From: Octopus bimaculoides
Taxonomy: Eukaryota
Reading direction: 5' to 3'
Length of the DNA stretch: 64,000 nucleotides
Assembly (NCBI RefSeq): GCF_001194135.2
Contig: NC_068993.1
Span: forward strand, 55,825,335-55,889,334
Shown here: one piece after another, positions 1 through 13,150 of the stretch
How positions within the stretch are numbered: the stretch's first letter is position 1
Layout: each line of letters begins with the position of its first letter
Position numbers and translations under genes: made by a program
The notes under the pieces: generated by a model
Database searches by the model: none
What the model was told of the DNA's origin: nothing
The model's input: the letters and a program-made list of their open reading frames with translations, nothing else

Positions 1-3000
1 TAAGTGGGAGAAAACAAAAACCGTAGCAGTAATGCACCATCCAGGTACCAGATTGAATTAACACAAAACATCACACCTGAAATATGAGTTTTACACCCTA
101 CATGGCAATTCTCCTACACAGTTAATCTTAAAGAAAATAAAGCTGTAATACACTACTCCTAAAATATATATTTATAATAAGTTTAAAATTTCATACTTTG
201 CTTGTGTACTACCACATATACTCATTTGGCATAAATAGAATAATACACTTCCTCCTAGAAAACAAGTGTATGATGATGTATACTAAATTTGTTTTGTTTC
301 CACAAAATATACTTGTGTAATAGGAGTGTCTTCTTTGCCAACAAAATTCAGTATCTACATACATGTTACTGTGTAGTGCCAGGTTAACCCTATAATCAAA
401 AGCCTTCCAGCTGTAGTCATCCTGTTGTTTCTTTTTCTTATGTATAGTGCATCTAAGGATATCCCAATGTATTCTTTCTTTTTAAGATGGTGGTAGGATA
501 TCATTTGAGGGAGATTTGGCTGCTATCTCTGGCAGATTGGATGACCAAGCAGGTATATGTTAAGTCAGAATGTTTATGCTAAGATCTTGAACAGCGAATG
601 ATAGTATCAGTAAAGTATTGAATATCTTGTGGTTATTTGGTCATGTTCCTGTGTTTGAATCCCACCCATAGAGACTCTGACTCATTCTTCTGAGGGTTAT
701 AAATACCAGTTAAGTAATGAGGTTAATATCATTTATGATACTCTTGAAGGTGATGCTGTGTATTATGAGACCGAGTTACACACATATATATACAGGGTTA
801 TAGGACTACTTAGTTGTTGATTGGTATTTGGTTAATCCAGTAGGTTGAGGAAACTCCTTAGACTCATCAATGACAATACTTCTACTAAAGGATTATTTCA
901 TCACAACACACTATGTCCGGTATATCTTCAGCTCTGATGTTGACAGTTGGTGAAGTGTTGCAATGACAATGTAGACTAATTTCCTAATTCATTTTCTCTC
1001 TCTCTCCCCAACACTTTTGATACATGTTTCCTATTATTTGCTGAGGGTTCTTCAGGTCACCCTAACATCGGCATCCAGTTAGATTTGTTCCACTTACCTC
1101 TTACATAACTGTTCATTCTCCAATAAACACTTTTATGTACATAAGCAAAAATACAACTTTCATGTTTTTTCCCCAGTTTCACAAATTAAGAATTTCTGAT
1201 GTAAATTATGAAGGATATGCTATACCTGTTTAACTGTTGTTGCTTACCTGCCAATAACACATACACTTGTCTGTCTCTTTCCTACTTCGTGGAAAATACA
1301 ATATTTTACTTTTGCTCATCGAACCAGAAGGAACTGAGTCTCCATTTTAATGATATTTTTAGGGTGAAAATACATCTTTTCATTATTCCGGATAGATATT
1401 TCCTTCCATAGACTGTCTCCTCATTAGCCTCTAAGCATCTTCCTCTTCAGAACATTGCATTACAGTCATCCATTAGCTTTTTCTCGGGCCTAAATGCCCT
1501 CTCTCAGTCCGTTGATTTTTGCATTTGCAGAGGTCATCAGCAGGTATCATTCATAGAATGTCTTGGATAATAATTCTACTTCTGTTGCCATCCATTTTCT
1601 TCTGCCAGTAGCCTGTGAGTCTAGCATTGAGGGTGAGGAAAATACTTCTTTTAGTCATACAGAATCCCTGACTGCTTATGCCAGTGAACTGTATCTGTCT
1701 CCCTACATTTTCAAGTCATTGGACCTGGCTGCTGAGGATTCAGTATAAGGTTAGTGATAGGATAACATAGTGTCGACCATTATGTTAGTGCCAGCCTCGC
1801 CAGTCTACAAATACTTCTCTAATTTTTGCAAGATCAACTAAGATTTTCAATTAACATCATTTATAGAATAACTTTCACTTGGGAGGGAAAATATAGACAG
1901 ACATGGTGGCAAGAAAACATATTTTCTTATAAAAACCTATTTAGGTCAAATGAATAATATTAAGTTTCTCTGGTGTTATATAAATTGTGGCTAAGTAAGA
2001 TTTCTGAAATATATTATACCAAAGATCCTGAAAAGTATTTTTTTTTAAAGACAGGGTGAAAAATAATAATAATAAAAAACAATCAATACAAAATCAGTTA
2101 ATTTCAATTAAGTTTATTTTATTCTTCAGTTGATTATTGTCTGGTATATAAGAATGTTGCAAATAATTAACTTCAAGTGTGTCAAACCTTGAAGTCTATG
2201 ATTTTTATTGGATGAAAATCTTCACTGCCGCCTTGCTTCTTACCACACTACCCTGAAAAGACTGGTGCCAAGAGAAATGCTAGAAATGAATCATAAAGAC
2301 ATACAGAAAACTCTAAAACATTGTGCCGGGTGGAGTAGTAGAAAGAATGAAAACTTCATTGAAATACATCAAACTTTTGAGATGTTCCTTTTAATGAAAA
2401 CTTCTATACTACATATTTCGAGGAGTTTTATTGAAAAATGGATTTGCTTAGTGTTAACGGAAGAATGGAAATGGAAGTTATAACGTCTTTTTTTTTGTTA
2501 TAAATCTTTACATTTTTGGCAAAGACAGATTCAAAGAATTTCTTTACAACAAAAATCTGCGCATAATTTTAACTTCCAACTAATTTCATATAATTTACCT
2601 TAAATTTTATATTTTAAAATATTTTATTGTAGAATTTTTTTTTTTCAAATTTTACATCTTTTGTCCAAGAAACCTACCAACTTTTTAATAAAATTCTGAA
2701 CCCCAAGCATTATTTTAATGAATATAATTAAATCATTTTTTTTTTTTTATAATGACTGATCATCAAATTCTGAACTTTTTGATGATTCCTTCCTCCTCCC
2801 CCCTCCTTATTCTGTTGACTTGAAGAATAAATGGCAGGAGGAAAATTGGCTGAATCTTCTTAAAACAGTAGCCAGACAATCTATGTCTAAATTTAGATGT
2901 ATGTAACTTAATCCTGCTAGACACAACTTCATGCAGAAACCCTGCTACCATCTATATCAGCTTGTGCTACCTAGTCTTGGAATTTCTTCCCCCTCCCTCC

Positions 3001-3949
3001 TACACACCCTTTTCTTCAGAGTTCCTTCAAATATTTCATTGTACACTAACTTTTATGCTGACTTTGTGAAGTAGATAAAAAGATAAGAGAGATTAAGAGG
3101 GGGAAAGAAAAGAGAAAGTTTGCCTCTATTCAAAGAGGCAATGAAATGGAATTCAAATTCAAATGGTACTGGACTTCAGTGACTGGCATAGAATTTTATT
3201 TGGGTTGGGTTATATGTGACCTCTAGCAAATTCTTTTACTTCTCAAGTGTAACTTATTCTTTTCAGTATATTTTCAAAGGCATTTTTTTCAATATATCTT
3301 TAAATATATTTAACTTATAAAAAAAACAGAAGTTATACCTGAGAAAGTTTTTTCTATATTTTTTAAATCTTAAATCTAGAATTTTCTCGAAGTAACCAAA
3401 TGTTGGATTAAAAGCTGGTAGTTTCAATATTAGCATGTAAAATTTCCTATTTAATTTTCTTAGTTATTTTTTAGAATTATTTCAGTAAAAGCTTTCCAAT
3501 TCTTCCATACAAGGTAATAATGACAGAATAAGATTGAAGAGAAATTTGTCTACCGAAATGCATCATGGGAGTTCCACATCCAGATTATTGGGAAAGATAA
3601 GCGTTCAGTAGCTTTAGAAAATAATTTTTACTTCATCTATTTAAATTTTTTTTCAAGATTAGGAAGTTTATGAACTTAACTAAACCAAATTAATATAGGC
3701 TTAGGATTTTTTTTTTTCAGAATATTGTTATAAAATACTTTTGATAACTGAAATAAAATATTTTCAAAGTCTTTCAAAAGATTTCTAAATTTTGGCACGT
3801 ACAGACACACACACACACACTCATGCATTCACACTTTCTCTCTTCCTCTCATTCTGGTAAGATATTTAAAATGTCTCACAAAATTTTGATTTGTACATAG
3901 AGAGTAGCCACATCATCTGTTAAAACTCACCTTATCTGAGCATAATCTG

Positions 3950-4750
3950 CTGCAGGGAATTCATGAAGAAAATGGATTAGTGATGTATCATAAATTTACC
4001 GCTGGAATAGTGGATAACATTGGTGTCGATTGGTTTCAATGTTGTTGCACTTCCATGCACAGAGAACATACTTCTTTACATTCCATACTTGGAGTAAATC
4101 TATGAGATAGTAAAGAAGAATGTGACTTGTGCACAGCAATGAACGTTGTACATCCACTCAGTCTCTGCAATCTTCATTTCATTTGAATTGTAAATAGTAT
4201 TACATACAAGTAAAGGCTACTTGAGTAAAACTTTCAATTTAACTTTTGGGCGAGACCAGAAAGGCTTTAGACTCCGGCAACAAGGTTCAGGCTAAAGTGG
4301 CAGTGATGAGAATCTTCATTGGTAGCTGCCCCCTTAAGTATGGCTCCTTAAAGCTCCACACTGTATGAAAGCATGAGATAGTTTCACCAATTTCAGTTAA
4401 GATGAGATATTCAACTGGTTGGGTCAGCCAATCAGATTCAATGACAAAGTAAGCAAATCAGAAGGCTTCTGTCTTTTATAAGCTGCTTCTTATACTCTCT
4501 TGGTCTGGGTGCCAGCATTGGTTCAGGGTAGGTCCATTTTGGTGGAAAGGGTGGGCAGCTGGAAAGTAGAAGATCTTTTAAGTCATTGTTAAGTTCAGGT
4601 GCATCAAAATGGTATGGCTGCCTGCTCAATGATAAAATAACTTTGTAATGAGTGTTTCCCAAGCAAGCGTTGTCCACCCTGTTGGATGGTGAATGAATCG
4701 AATCATCAAAATGGTGCTAGACCACAAATGGAAAACTTTGCTAAATATGG
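3950..4750 (-). mobile_element. Possible highly decayed Penelope-like thumb/GIY-YIG relic
   Basis: Minus-strand fragments ...PYHFDAPELNNDLKDLL...PMLAPRPREYKKQL and CTSHILLYYLIDLLQVWNVKKYV loosely resemble the PLE C-terminus. Many stops. Confidence 0.25.
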
Positions 4751-4924
4751 CTAACAATATTCTAACCCATACAGACTACTGATACATCGACTTTGACTTT
4801 GGTGGTGGCTGATGGCGGCGGCATGACGAGGAAGGTGGAGCTACAGTTGGAGGAAATGAAAAGCTGTAGATTTTTTTTACATCTGTTCTTCCTGCCACCC
4901 CTACTAGTTCCCCTTCATTTTTTT

Positions 4925-4959
4925 CATATATATATATATAATCTATGTACATGTGTGCG

Positions 4960-5005
<46 letters not shown>

Positions 5006-6188
5006 AACATATTATATGTCTGTACAGTGATTAATTAGTCTGTATTCAGTTTGGTTATATTCTCATCCTTTTATCTAATTTCAGTTTCTTATGGAGATTG
5101 AAGAAAATTTTGGAATTAGTTTTAATTCAAGCTTTCTCTTACTTATTTTTTTTTTTTCTTTTTTTTTTCAAAATGTTACACTTTAAACCAGAGATTATCA
5201 CTTTTAAATATTTGTTTCCCAAAATTTCAACTGGATTTAGAACTTTAAATACCAGGCTGGAAATTCAAATAAAATAACTATATAACTTCTATTTCAATAT
5301 ACATTTATATCTATCTATATCTTTATATACCTAGATATATATATTTGTGTGTGTGTGTGTATATATATATACACATACACACATATATATATATATATAT
5401 ATATACATACTCGCTCACACTCATATTTATCTACATATATTTATATATATTATCGTGTGCGTGTGTGTGTGTATATATAAAACATATATACACGTATATC
5501 ATACACAAACACACATATCTATGTATAATTATATATATCATTGTATGTGTGCGTATGTATATAAATATATATCTATATATATAAAACACACACATATTTC
5601 AGAAACATGCATACATCTGTGTGTGAGTATACATATATTTGAAGAGGGTTAATGGAGTGAACCGCTTTCAGTGTAAACTCGCAACCCCACCACCACCAAA
5701 AGAAAAAAAGAAACCCAAAGACATTGAGTTTCTGAGAATATATCATGAAAATGTCAACCTATCCAACCCAAATCGGCATGGCAAAATGCATATAAAATAA
5801 TGAAGACATATGTGTGTGACTGTTTGTACCTGTGTTTGGGTGTTTATCTATATATGTGTATGTATATATGTATACAAACACATGCATAGAATAGTAACGT
5901 TTGTGTGTGTGTGTATGTGTGTGTGCATATTTATCCATCCACACCCACAGTTATGTATATGAAATGAGTGACTGTGTGTGTGTGTACACACACACACATG
6001 TACATAAATATGCAGTCATATACATATCTTCATCTTATTTTAAATCCACTTTTCCAGGCTGGTATGGGTTGCTTTTTCTCATGTTTGGGTTCATTTATAT
6101 ATTTGTGTGTATGTATATATACACACACACACACTACTATGTAACGTATATAAAATTTGTGTATATGTATGTGTGTATATATATGTAT

Positions 6189-6251
<63 letters not shown>

Positions 6252-6264
6252 ATGTGTATGTGTC

Positions 6265-6307
<43 letters not shown>

Positions 6308-6338
6308 ACAGGTATGTCTAAGCATAGGTGTGTGTGTG

Positions 6339-6390
<52 letters not shown>

Positions 6391-6470
6391 GTATATATGT
6401 AAGTATATATTATGTGTATATATGTATGTATATGTATACCATGTACGTGTATGGGTATATGTATCTATCC

Positions 6471-6500
<30 letters not shown>
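4925..6500. repeat. Dense (AT)n/(GT)n/(AC)n microsatellite field
   Basis: Directly visible; source of the [12 protein letters not shown] ORFs. Similar tracts occur throughout the window. Confidence 0.95.
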
Positions 6501-6501
<1 letters not shown>

Positions 6502-8310
6502 TACTGTATCTGCAGCAGCATGATGGGCAGAATTATCTGTTTCATTACTTTTCTAACTTTCCTACTGTCTCACAAATATTCACTGTAATTTACTTTCAAT
6601 TAGAATTTGATTTACACAGTGTTACAGTCTCCTTCTTAAACAGTGTTTAGATAGCTTTAATAGATGTCTCCCAAATCATAAATATTTTTTTTTTTTGTCT
6701 TAGATAACCAGGAATGTGTTCTGTGATATTAAAACATTTCTAAATGATGAACGATAATCAAATTCATCACCTGTACTGAAGTATAGAATATTATATTTTC
6801 ATAACTCGTATATGTTCACTAAAATGCACATCATAATGATGTTGATGTATTACTATCTTTTTTACTGTCTGTATGTATGTATCTGTATAAATGTGTGTGT
6901 GTGTGTGTGTAGGTACACTCACAAGTGCATATATACATCTGTACATTTTGTTGTTTTGCAGTTATACGAATTCTTATTTCTATGAAAGTATTTAAGGAAA
7001 TATGTTAGTTTTCTTGAGTAATTTGCTAATATTAACTTATAATTCCTGAATTAACGAGATCTTTCATGATTTTTTTTTTTTGTTTACATACTCACGGTGG
7101 TGCACCAGCATGACCGCAGCCACTTGGCTGAAACACATAAATAAATAAATACACAATTTTAGTTTCTAAAAAGTAATTACAAGGCTGAGTATATGATGTT
7201 GACACACACACACTATAAATATGAGACACACACACAGATACATTTAAGAAGGAGANNNNNNNNNNNNNNNNNNNNNNNNNNNNNNNNNNNNNNNNNNNNN
7301 NNNNNNNNNNNNNNNNNNNNNNNNNNNNNNNNNNNNNNNNNNNNNNNNNNNNNNNNNNNNNNNNNNNNNNNNNNNNNNNNNNNNNNNNNNNNNNNNNNNN
7401 NNNNNNNNNNNNNNNNNNNNNNNNNNNNNNNNNNNNNNNNNNNNNNNNNNNNNNNNNNTAAAAAGTAATTACAAGGCTGAGTATATGATGTTGACACACA
7501 CACACTATAAATATGAGACACACACACAGATACATTTAAGAAGGAGAAGGAAAGCATATGTACGGCTTATTGTACTGTTAGTTTGAACTAACTTTTACTA
7601 GTAGAGAGCTACTATACTGTATAAGGGACACCCCTCCCTGCACACTACCACAAGCACTGTCACCATCTCCACTTTGTTCTACACATGGCTATATAATCTT
7701 CTAGTCCCTAAGAACTTACTCTGTCTTCAACATCTGGTTGTTTCTGTGTGACTTTGATTCACAAATTTTCTTATACATTAATAGTAAAACCAAACAGATT
7801 GTAGCATTATTATTATTATTAATATTATTCTTATTTCCAGGAAATGATTATAAAATAATAATAATAATGAATTTATTATGGAATTCATTTTCTTCAGGTA
7901 TTCTCGGTAAAACATTTTCTCAGATGTATCTTGGCTGTTGCCACTAATACCACTACTACTACTATTACAGGCCAACGCAGAATATTCCACATACACACAC
8001 ACTAAATAACTATGTACCCAGCAGACTCGTATGCTTTCTTCCAGCAAGGTAGTGAGTCTCAGGAGTCTTTTATTCATTGGGACAACATTGAAGGTTTCTT
8101 CATGTAGTTGTTAGTTTTATGTATATGCAGTTGTGTGTTAGATATATATTGTATGTTACTAGTTGTACCTGCCCCTCTTTATCATGCATTATTTACTTCT
8201 CTGTGTGTGTGTGTATGTAATGATAATATATATAATACAATGTTATATTATATATATTTAAAATGATATGTATAATACAATATATACTATATATGTATAC
8301 ACACACACAC

Positions 8311-8359
<49 letters not shown>

Positions 8360-8555
8360 CATTCTTTTGAATGATTATAAACCATGATTTATATAGACTT
8401 ATTATTTTACAAATATTATTATTCGCAACAAATATTAGGTAATGAACCAGTAGTTCATTGAATATAACTATCCCTTAATGAGGTTAATTTAACCTCTAAT
8501 TGAATTATAATTTCAATACAATATAATTTTATATCATTATATATATTATACTATA

Positions 8556-8595
<40 letters not shown>

Positions 8596-9429
8596 TCCCA
8601 GGGCAGTCCTAAGCAGCTGATAGGTAAATATCCTACTCTACCTATAACAGGGACACACTTGAAGCATGACAAATCTAGGAATTCAGATACTTGAGAGAAA
8701 TCTACCAGTCTACTTTAAGACTGTTCCTCATCTCTTTTTTTTTTGTCCTTACTGTAAGCACTCTTCATAACATTATGGAAGGATGTGGCTCCACAGCTGT
8801 AGTGAAAGTGACCCGGTAGGAATGTTAAACTCTATAGCAAATGTCTGTGAGAGCAGTAATTCTGAATAGAGATTTACATGGTAGAAATGTGGGATACACT
8901 AGCCACAAAGAAGACAACCTAACTAGAAAAGCAGTAATTCTGAATAATATGCATGGAGAGGATGTGGCCTCCGTTTGATACAAGAAAAGTAAATTATCTA
9001 AGAAGACAGCAACCCTGAATTAAAACTGATACATTGTAGTAGAGAGGAGACTTTAGTCTTGTCAGACAGTTCCTCTTGTGTGGCTGGTATGATGAATGTA
9101 CCTGATCCATGCTCTAAAAACGGCTTGTGACAGGAAGTGTATCCAGCTGTAAAAGGCACCCCAAAGACACAATAGTTAGATCAGTGAAAAAACCTAATTG
9201 TGTATATAAGGCCAACACTTACTATACTAATATTGCAGATAGTCATGGGATGAATGACTATAGTACAAAGGATTATTATTATTGAGGCGGCTGGCTGGTG
9301 GGATTGTTTGCACACTGGACGAAATGCTTAGCGGTATTTTTGTCCGTCTTCACTTAATGCTTGTGTATGAGTCTCCACCTGTTTATTTCAGTACTCCTGG
9401 CCATAAGAGTGGACTTTAATATCAGCTGT

Positions 9430-10200
9430 CCATGATAACTATTGTATATCAATGACCAAATTCTCACATTTGAATCTGTTGAAGTATTGGAGTAAAAATT
9501 TTTGAACAGGGAGCAAAGCCGAGAGTCAAAGAGTTATAATGTAAGTTTAGCAAATTTAAAAAGGAAAGAAGACAGGACTCAACTGATAGCACCTGGGAAG
9601 GTAGCCCTGTTTGATATGCAGTAAAAGAGATGAGAATTCCATATTGTGTACCCAGTGTACACTTTGGGTAGAAAAAGGTGCAGTGGTGTCACAAGCTGAC
9701 AGAGAAGGACTTCATGTAGCAAATGTGCAAGAGCTGTTAGTAGTAAGAACACTTCTGGCATAAACTCTTTCAAAGTTTTAGTGTGTTCCCTAGAAATAGA
9801 TGGTAGTTTGTGTTGCTTTGATAACTTATTTAGCTATGAAACAGGGTGTTGTGAAAGTATAGTAGAATGGATTAAAAATAATAAATGGATGTATGAAGGC
9901 TTTTAACAAAGTGAGGCAAGTATGTTCCATTGGATGTATAATATTAGTGAGCATAAACTGTATAAAACAATTTAGCTAAGAGAAATTGGATATGAAACTA
10001 GCAGATACAGTGGCTAAGAAATAAGTCTAAGCTGGTACAGATACGTGATGGGTATGGAGGATGACATTTGGGTTAAAAAATGCCAGGTAATGTAAGTGAA
10101 AGAAACCTGCAAGAGATCAAGGAAAATGTGAGAAATGCCTTGTGAGTGGAATTGGTAGATGGAATTTGTATGTAAGCCTGTCAGAAGCTTATACTTCAGT
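9430..10200 (+). mobile_element. RTE-clade LINE 3' relic (Cys-rich insert and C-terminal region)
   Basis: Degenerate LWV-KRCSGVT, C..C, CYLGD-like, SMF(H)WMYNIS and WY..VM.MEDD..VKKC motifs. Same family as 55380-55850. Confidence 0.6.
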
Positions 10201-10850
10201 AGTAGACTTTACATCACAACCTGGTCCTTGTGTGCCTTTAGTGGAGCCCACTTTGCTATAAACATTCTCAGGTCTGAAGATAACTTCATTTCACCAGTGT
10301 CAAAGGTTCAAAACACAGTTGTGTGTGCTGCTGTCACCCCCTCCTGTAAGTAGTAGAGAAAAAGAAAAGGAACCTCAGTATTTAAGGTACATGAATATAT
10401 CCATAACTTTTCCAAGCCCTCAAAGGCTTGTATGATAATGTGGCTGATATCCAGTTTGAGTATTGGTAGGATGTTTAAGCCGGACACCATCCACATCTAC
10501 AAGAAAAATATTAGTGTATGTGATGGTAGTGAGATTTCAGATGGAAGTAGCTCTTGGAAGGAAGGATTGTGTGTATGTTTGGGAGAGGGAATATTTTGTG
10601 GGCAACAGGATAAGAATAGAATATGCAGTTTGGTAGTGCAAAAAGAGTTAGTCATTGTAATTGTGACAGAAAAGACAAGGTGGAAACTAGCACAATTGGT
10701 ATTTGATGGTTGTAATAGGGACTTTTTGGCAGTTAATCATGTTCTTTTTTTTTTTTCATGTGGTAAAAGGTATTTATGTTGGTAACAGCTGTGGCATTCC
10801 ATCTATATTTACCAGCAGTACTTCAATGTATAATCTATATATATTAAATG

Positions 10851-11266
10851 GGTAATCTTCCAGTTTCGAGAGGTTAAAAAAGTAAATAAAATACAAGGGA
10901 AATAACTGAACTCCTTACCAGTATTATCCGTACTACTTTGTTTATAAATAAATCACGTGATTGTTTATATATAAATCACACACGTGATTGAATATCAGTT
11001 TCTTATGAGAAATCGAAAATGCCTTGTGGCAGACCGGCTGCACAACATCTAACCCTAACCCTAACCCTAAACTTTTATAAAAAAAAATTCCGTCGCATGC
11101 TGTTTGTAAAAAGAAAAAAACATTTAAAACTTTTATAAAAAAAAAAAAATTCCGTCGCATGCTTTTTTAAAGAAAAAGTAGTACGGATAATACTGGTAAG
11201 TCGTTCAGTTATTTCCCTTGAATATTTTTATTTACTTCTTTTACCTCTCGAAACTGAAAGATTACC
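10851..11266. mobile_element. Non-autonomous DNA transposon (MITE, Mutator/MULE-like by its 9-bp TSD) with internal (TAACCC)3
   Basis: About 90-bp imperfect TIRs (10851-10939 and 11175-11266, termini GGTAATCTT...AAGATTACC). Exact 9-bp TSD TATTAAATG at 10842-10850 and 11267-11275. Confidence 0.88.
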
Positions 11267-11639
11267 TATTAAATGTATCTGTATATATGTTAAGTGAACG
11301 ATAATATTTTGAAAACAAAAGTGTTTAATATTTTATGTCATATAGATATTTGTGTGTGAATATAATATATATAGATTATACATTTACGATATATAGATAG
11401 ATTTAATAACACTAGTGCCACATAATAAGCACCCAGTACACTCTGTAAAGCGGTTGACGTTAGGCAGGGCATCCAGCTGTTGAAACCAAGCCAAAACAGA
11501 CTATGGAACCTAGCCTTTCCAGCTCCCGCCAAACCCATGCCAGCACGGAAAACATACGTTAAATAACGACGGCGGTGATGATGATATTAATGGTGGTTGA
11601 TTTGATGTCATTTTTGCTTACTTTGTTCTTGCTGGATCC

Positions 11640-11849
11640 GGTACTACTAAACCAGCGCGGACCCGAACGCGCAGTCACGCGTGGTCGATCCTAACCCTAA
11701 CCCTAACCACGTATTCATTTGCACACACGGGTTAGGGTTAGGGTTAGGGACAGGGTTAGGGATAGGGTTAGGGTTAGGATCGACCACTCAAGAGTAGCTA
11801 GCGCGGACGCGTGACTGCGCGTTCGGGTCCGCGCTGCTTTAGTAGTACC
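11640..11849. mobile_element. 210-bp hairpin MITE (Mutator/MULE-like) with inverted telomeric repeats
   Basis: 43-bp outer TIR with one mismatch (GGTACTACTAAA...TTTAGTAGTACC), continuing into GGTCGATCC(TAACCC)n / (GGGTTA)nGGATCGACC. Exact 9-bp TSD GCTGGATCC at 11631-11639 and 11850-11858. Confidence 0.92.
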
Positions 11850-11859
11850 GCTGGATCCT

Positions 11860-13150
11860 TTGTTAAACTAATGACTACTAATTAATTACGAACGTTAACA
11901 ATCTGTGTTAAAAAATTCTGCTGAAGTCTAGTTTTCCATTCACCCTTTGATGACGAGTCCCCTTATTCCGTAATTTCAAAATTCCGCTCGCAAAACATTG
12001 GTCAGCCCAAAGCTACAGTGAAAAACACTGCCGAAGTGTCGCATCGTGGGACCAAGCCTAGAACCAAGTCATTATGAAGTTCTTAACTACACGGTTATGC
12101 TTATACTTGTATTTATTAAATTTACTTTATAGTTCACGTCCTCTTGTAAAACTAACGAAAAGTTCCTCCTGTGAAGTTACACATTCTCAGAAACACGAAA
12201 TAATTAAATGTTAAATCATCTCTGGTCCAATTTTTACAATGCGAGTTGGCCGCTTATTTTAATTATCAAGGGACGTAACTTAGGAGCTACAGTTCAGTTA
12301 TTTCCCCTTGGGCTTTCATATTTGTTCTCGCTCACACAAATTGTGATAATTATTTTAAGGTGTCTTCTATCAGTCACCATATTCTTCCGTGTTTAGGCAG
12401 TGGAGGTAACGGCGGCAGAAACATTAGTTTTCTGTCGCACTTTTCTGTGTTCAAGTCTCTAGCATGGATGATGGTGATAGGGGTGACGCTTGCCTTCCAT
12501 CTATGCAGTATTTATTTATATATTTTGTCTGTACAAAAACTGAAATACCACTTCCGTAAAGCTGTTGAAAGAAACTTTGTGCTAAATAATGGAAATTTTA
12601 ATTCTTCTATCGGACCAAAGTTCTCACAACAATAACAAAAGCAATAAAAAAAATTTGAAAGACCGAAATGTATTATTCTGGATAAGTTCATTAGAGTGTC
12701 TGGGGGAGTTATAGTAATTGTATAGTAATAATAATAATAATGAGCTTACTGTATCCAGTGCCTACGTGTATTTTTAATGCTTGTATCTAAAGTAAATTTC
12801 AATCGGTTCAACCTTCATTTGGTATGTCAATGATTCCAGATTTGATTTAAAGTAGGAACGAAGTTTATAACCTAGTACAATTTATCTGTTTTAGTTATAA
12901 TAAAAAGAAATTGAATAATAGCGTATTTGATGGTATCAATGACGCACAAGTAATTAGACGCGCTTTAAGTTCAGCAACGCATATTCAGGGCAAAAAAAAG
13001 TTTCTAGTGTATTAAAGCTTATGGAAGGCCCAACTTCTCATATAGAACCGGGGGNNNNNNNNNNTTTTTTTTTTTTTTAGATATCTTTTAGGAAGAAACA
13101 AGGGCGTCTTTTATGCCATTAAATAGGGTATATGTTTATTCTTGTAAAAT
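11860..13150. promoter_or_regulatory. CpG-retaining island, candidate unmethylated promoter or enhancer
   Basis: Hand count of about 34 CpG in 11881-13055 versus about 5 in 1-1200. ETS-like CTTCCG at about 12384 and 12551. Function is inferred only. Confidence 0.35.

Noticed and set aside
1250-1950. Possible minus-strand LINE RT relic (IPADDL resembling LYADDL); similar weak Penelope-like hints at 21130-21560 and 48800-49120
   Set aside because: Too decayed to assign by eye.
2208-2951. Short protein-like ORFs (2208-2483 plus; 2763-2951 region)
   Set aside because: No recognisable family and no consistent splice sites; possibly TE debris.
5665-5800. Open frame CKLATPPPPKEKKKPKDIEFLRIY... after tttcag
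   Set aside because: Ends in a stop with no donor, is embedded in microsatellites, and matches nothing I recognise.
5345-6650. Multiple overlapping [12 protein letters not shown] ORFs
   Set aside because: Dinucleotide microsatellites lack stop codons in several frames.
6720-6780. C/D box snoRNA-like motifs (TGTGATA, ATGATGA, CTGA)
   Set aside because: Imperfect C box, no terminal stem and no recognisable rRNA guide; such motifs are frequent in this GAT-rich DNA.
7778-8077. Minus-strand 99-aa ORF and nearby + strand splice-like sites
   Set aside because: No recognisable domain, partly simple repeat, and not matching any MIB1 segment.
11640-11849. Chromosome fusion scar or true telomere
   Set aside because: Only a few repeats, enclosed by TIRs and an exact TSD. 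The orientation (CCCTAA then TTAGGG) is opposite to an end-to-end fusion.
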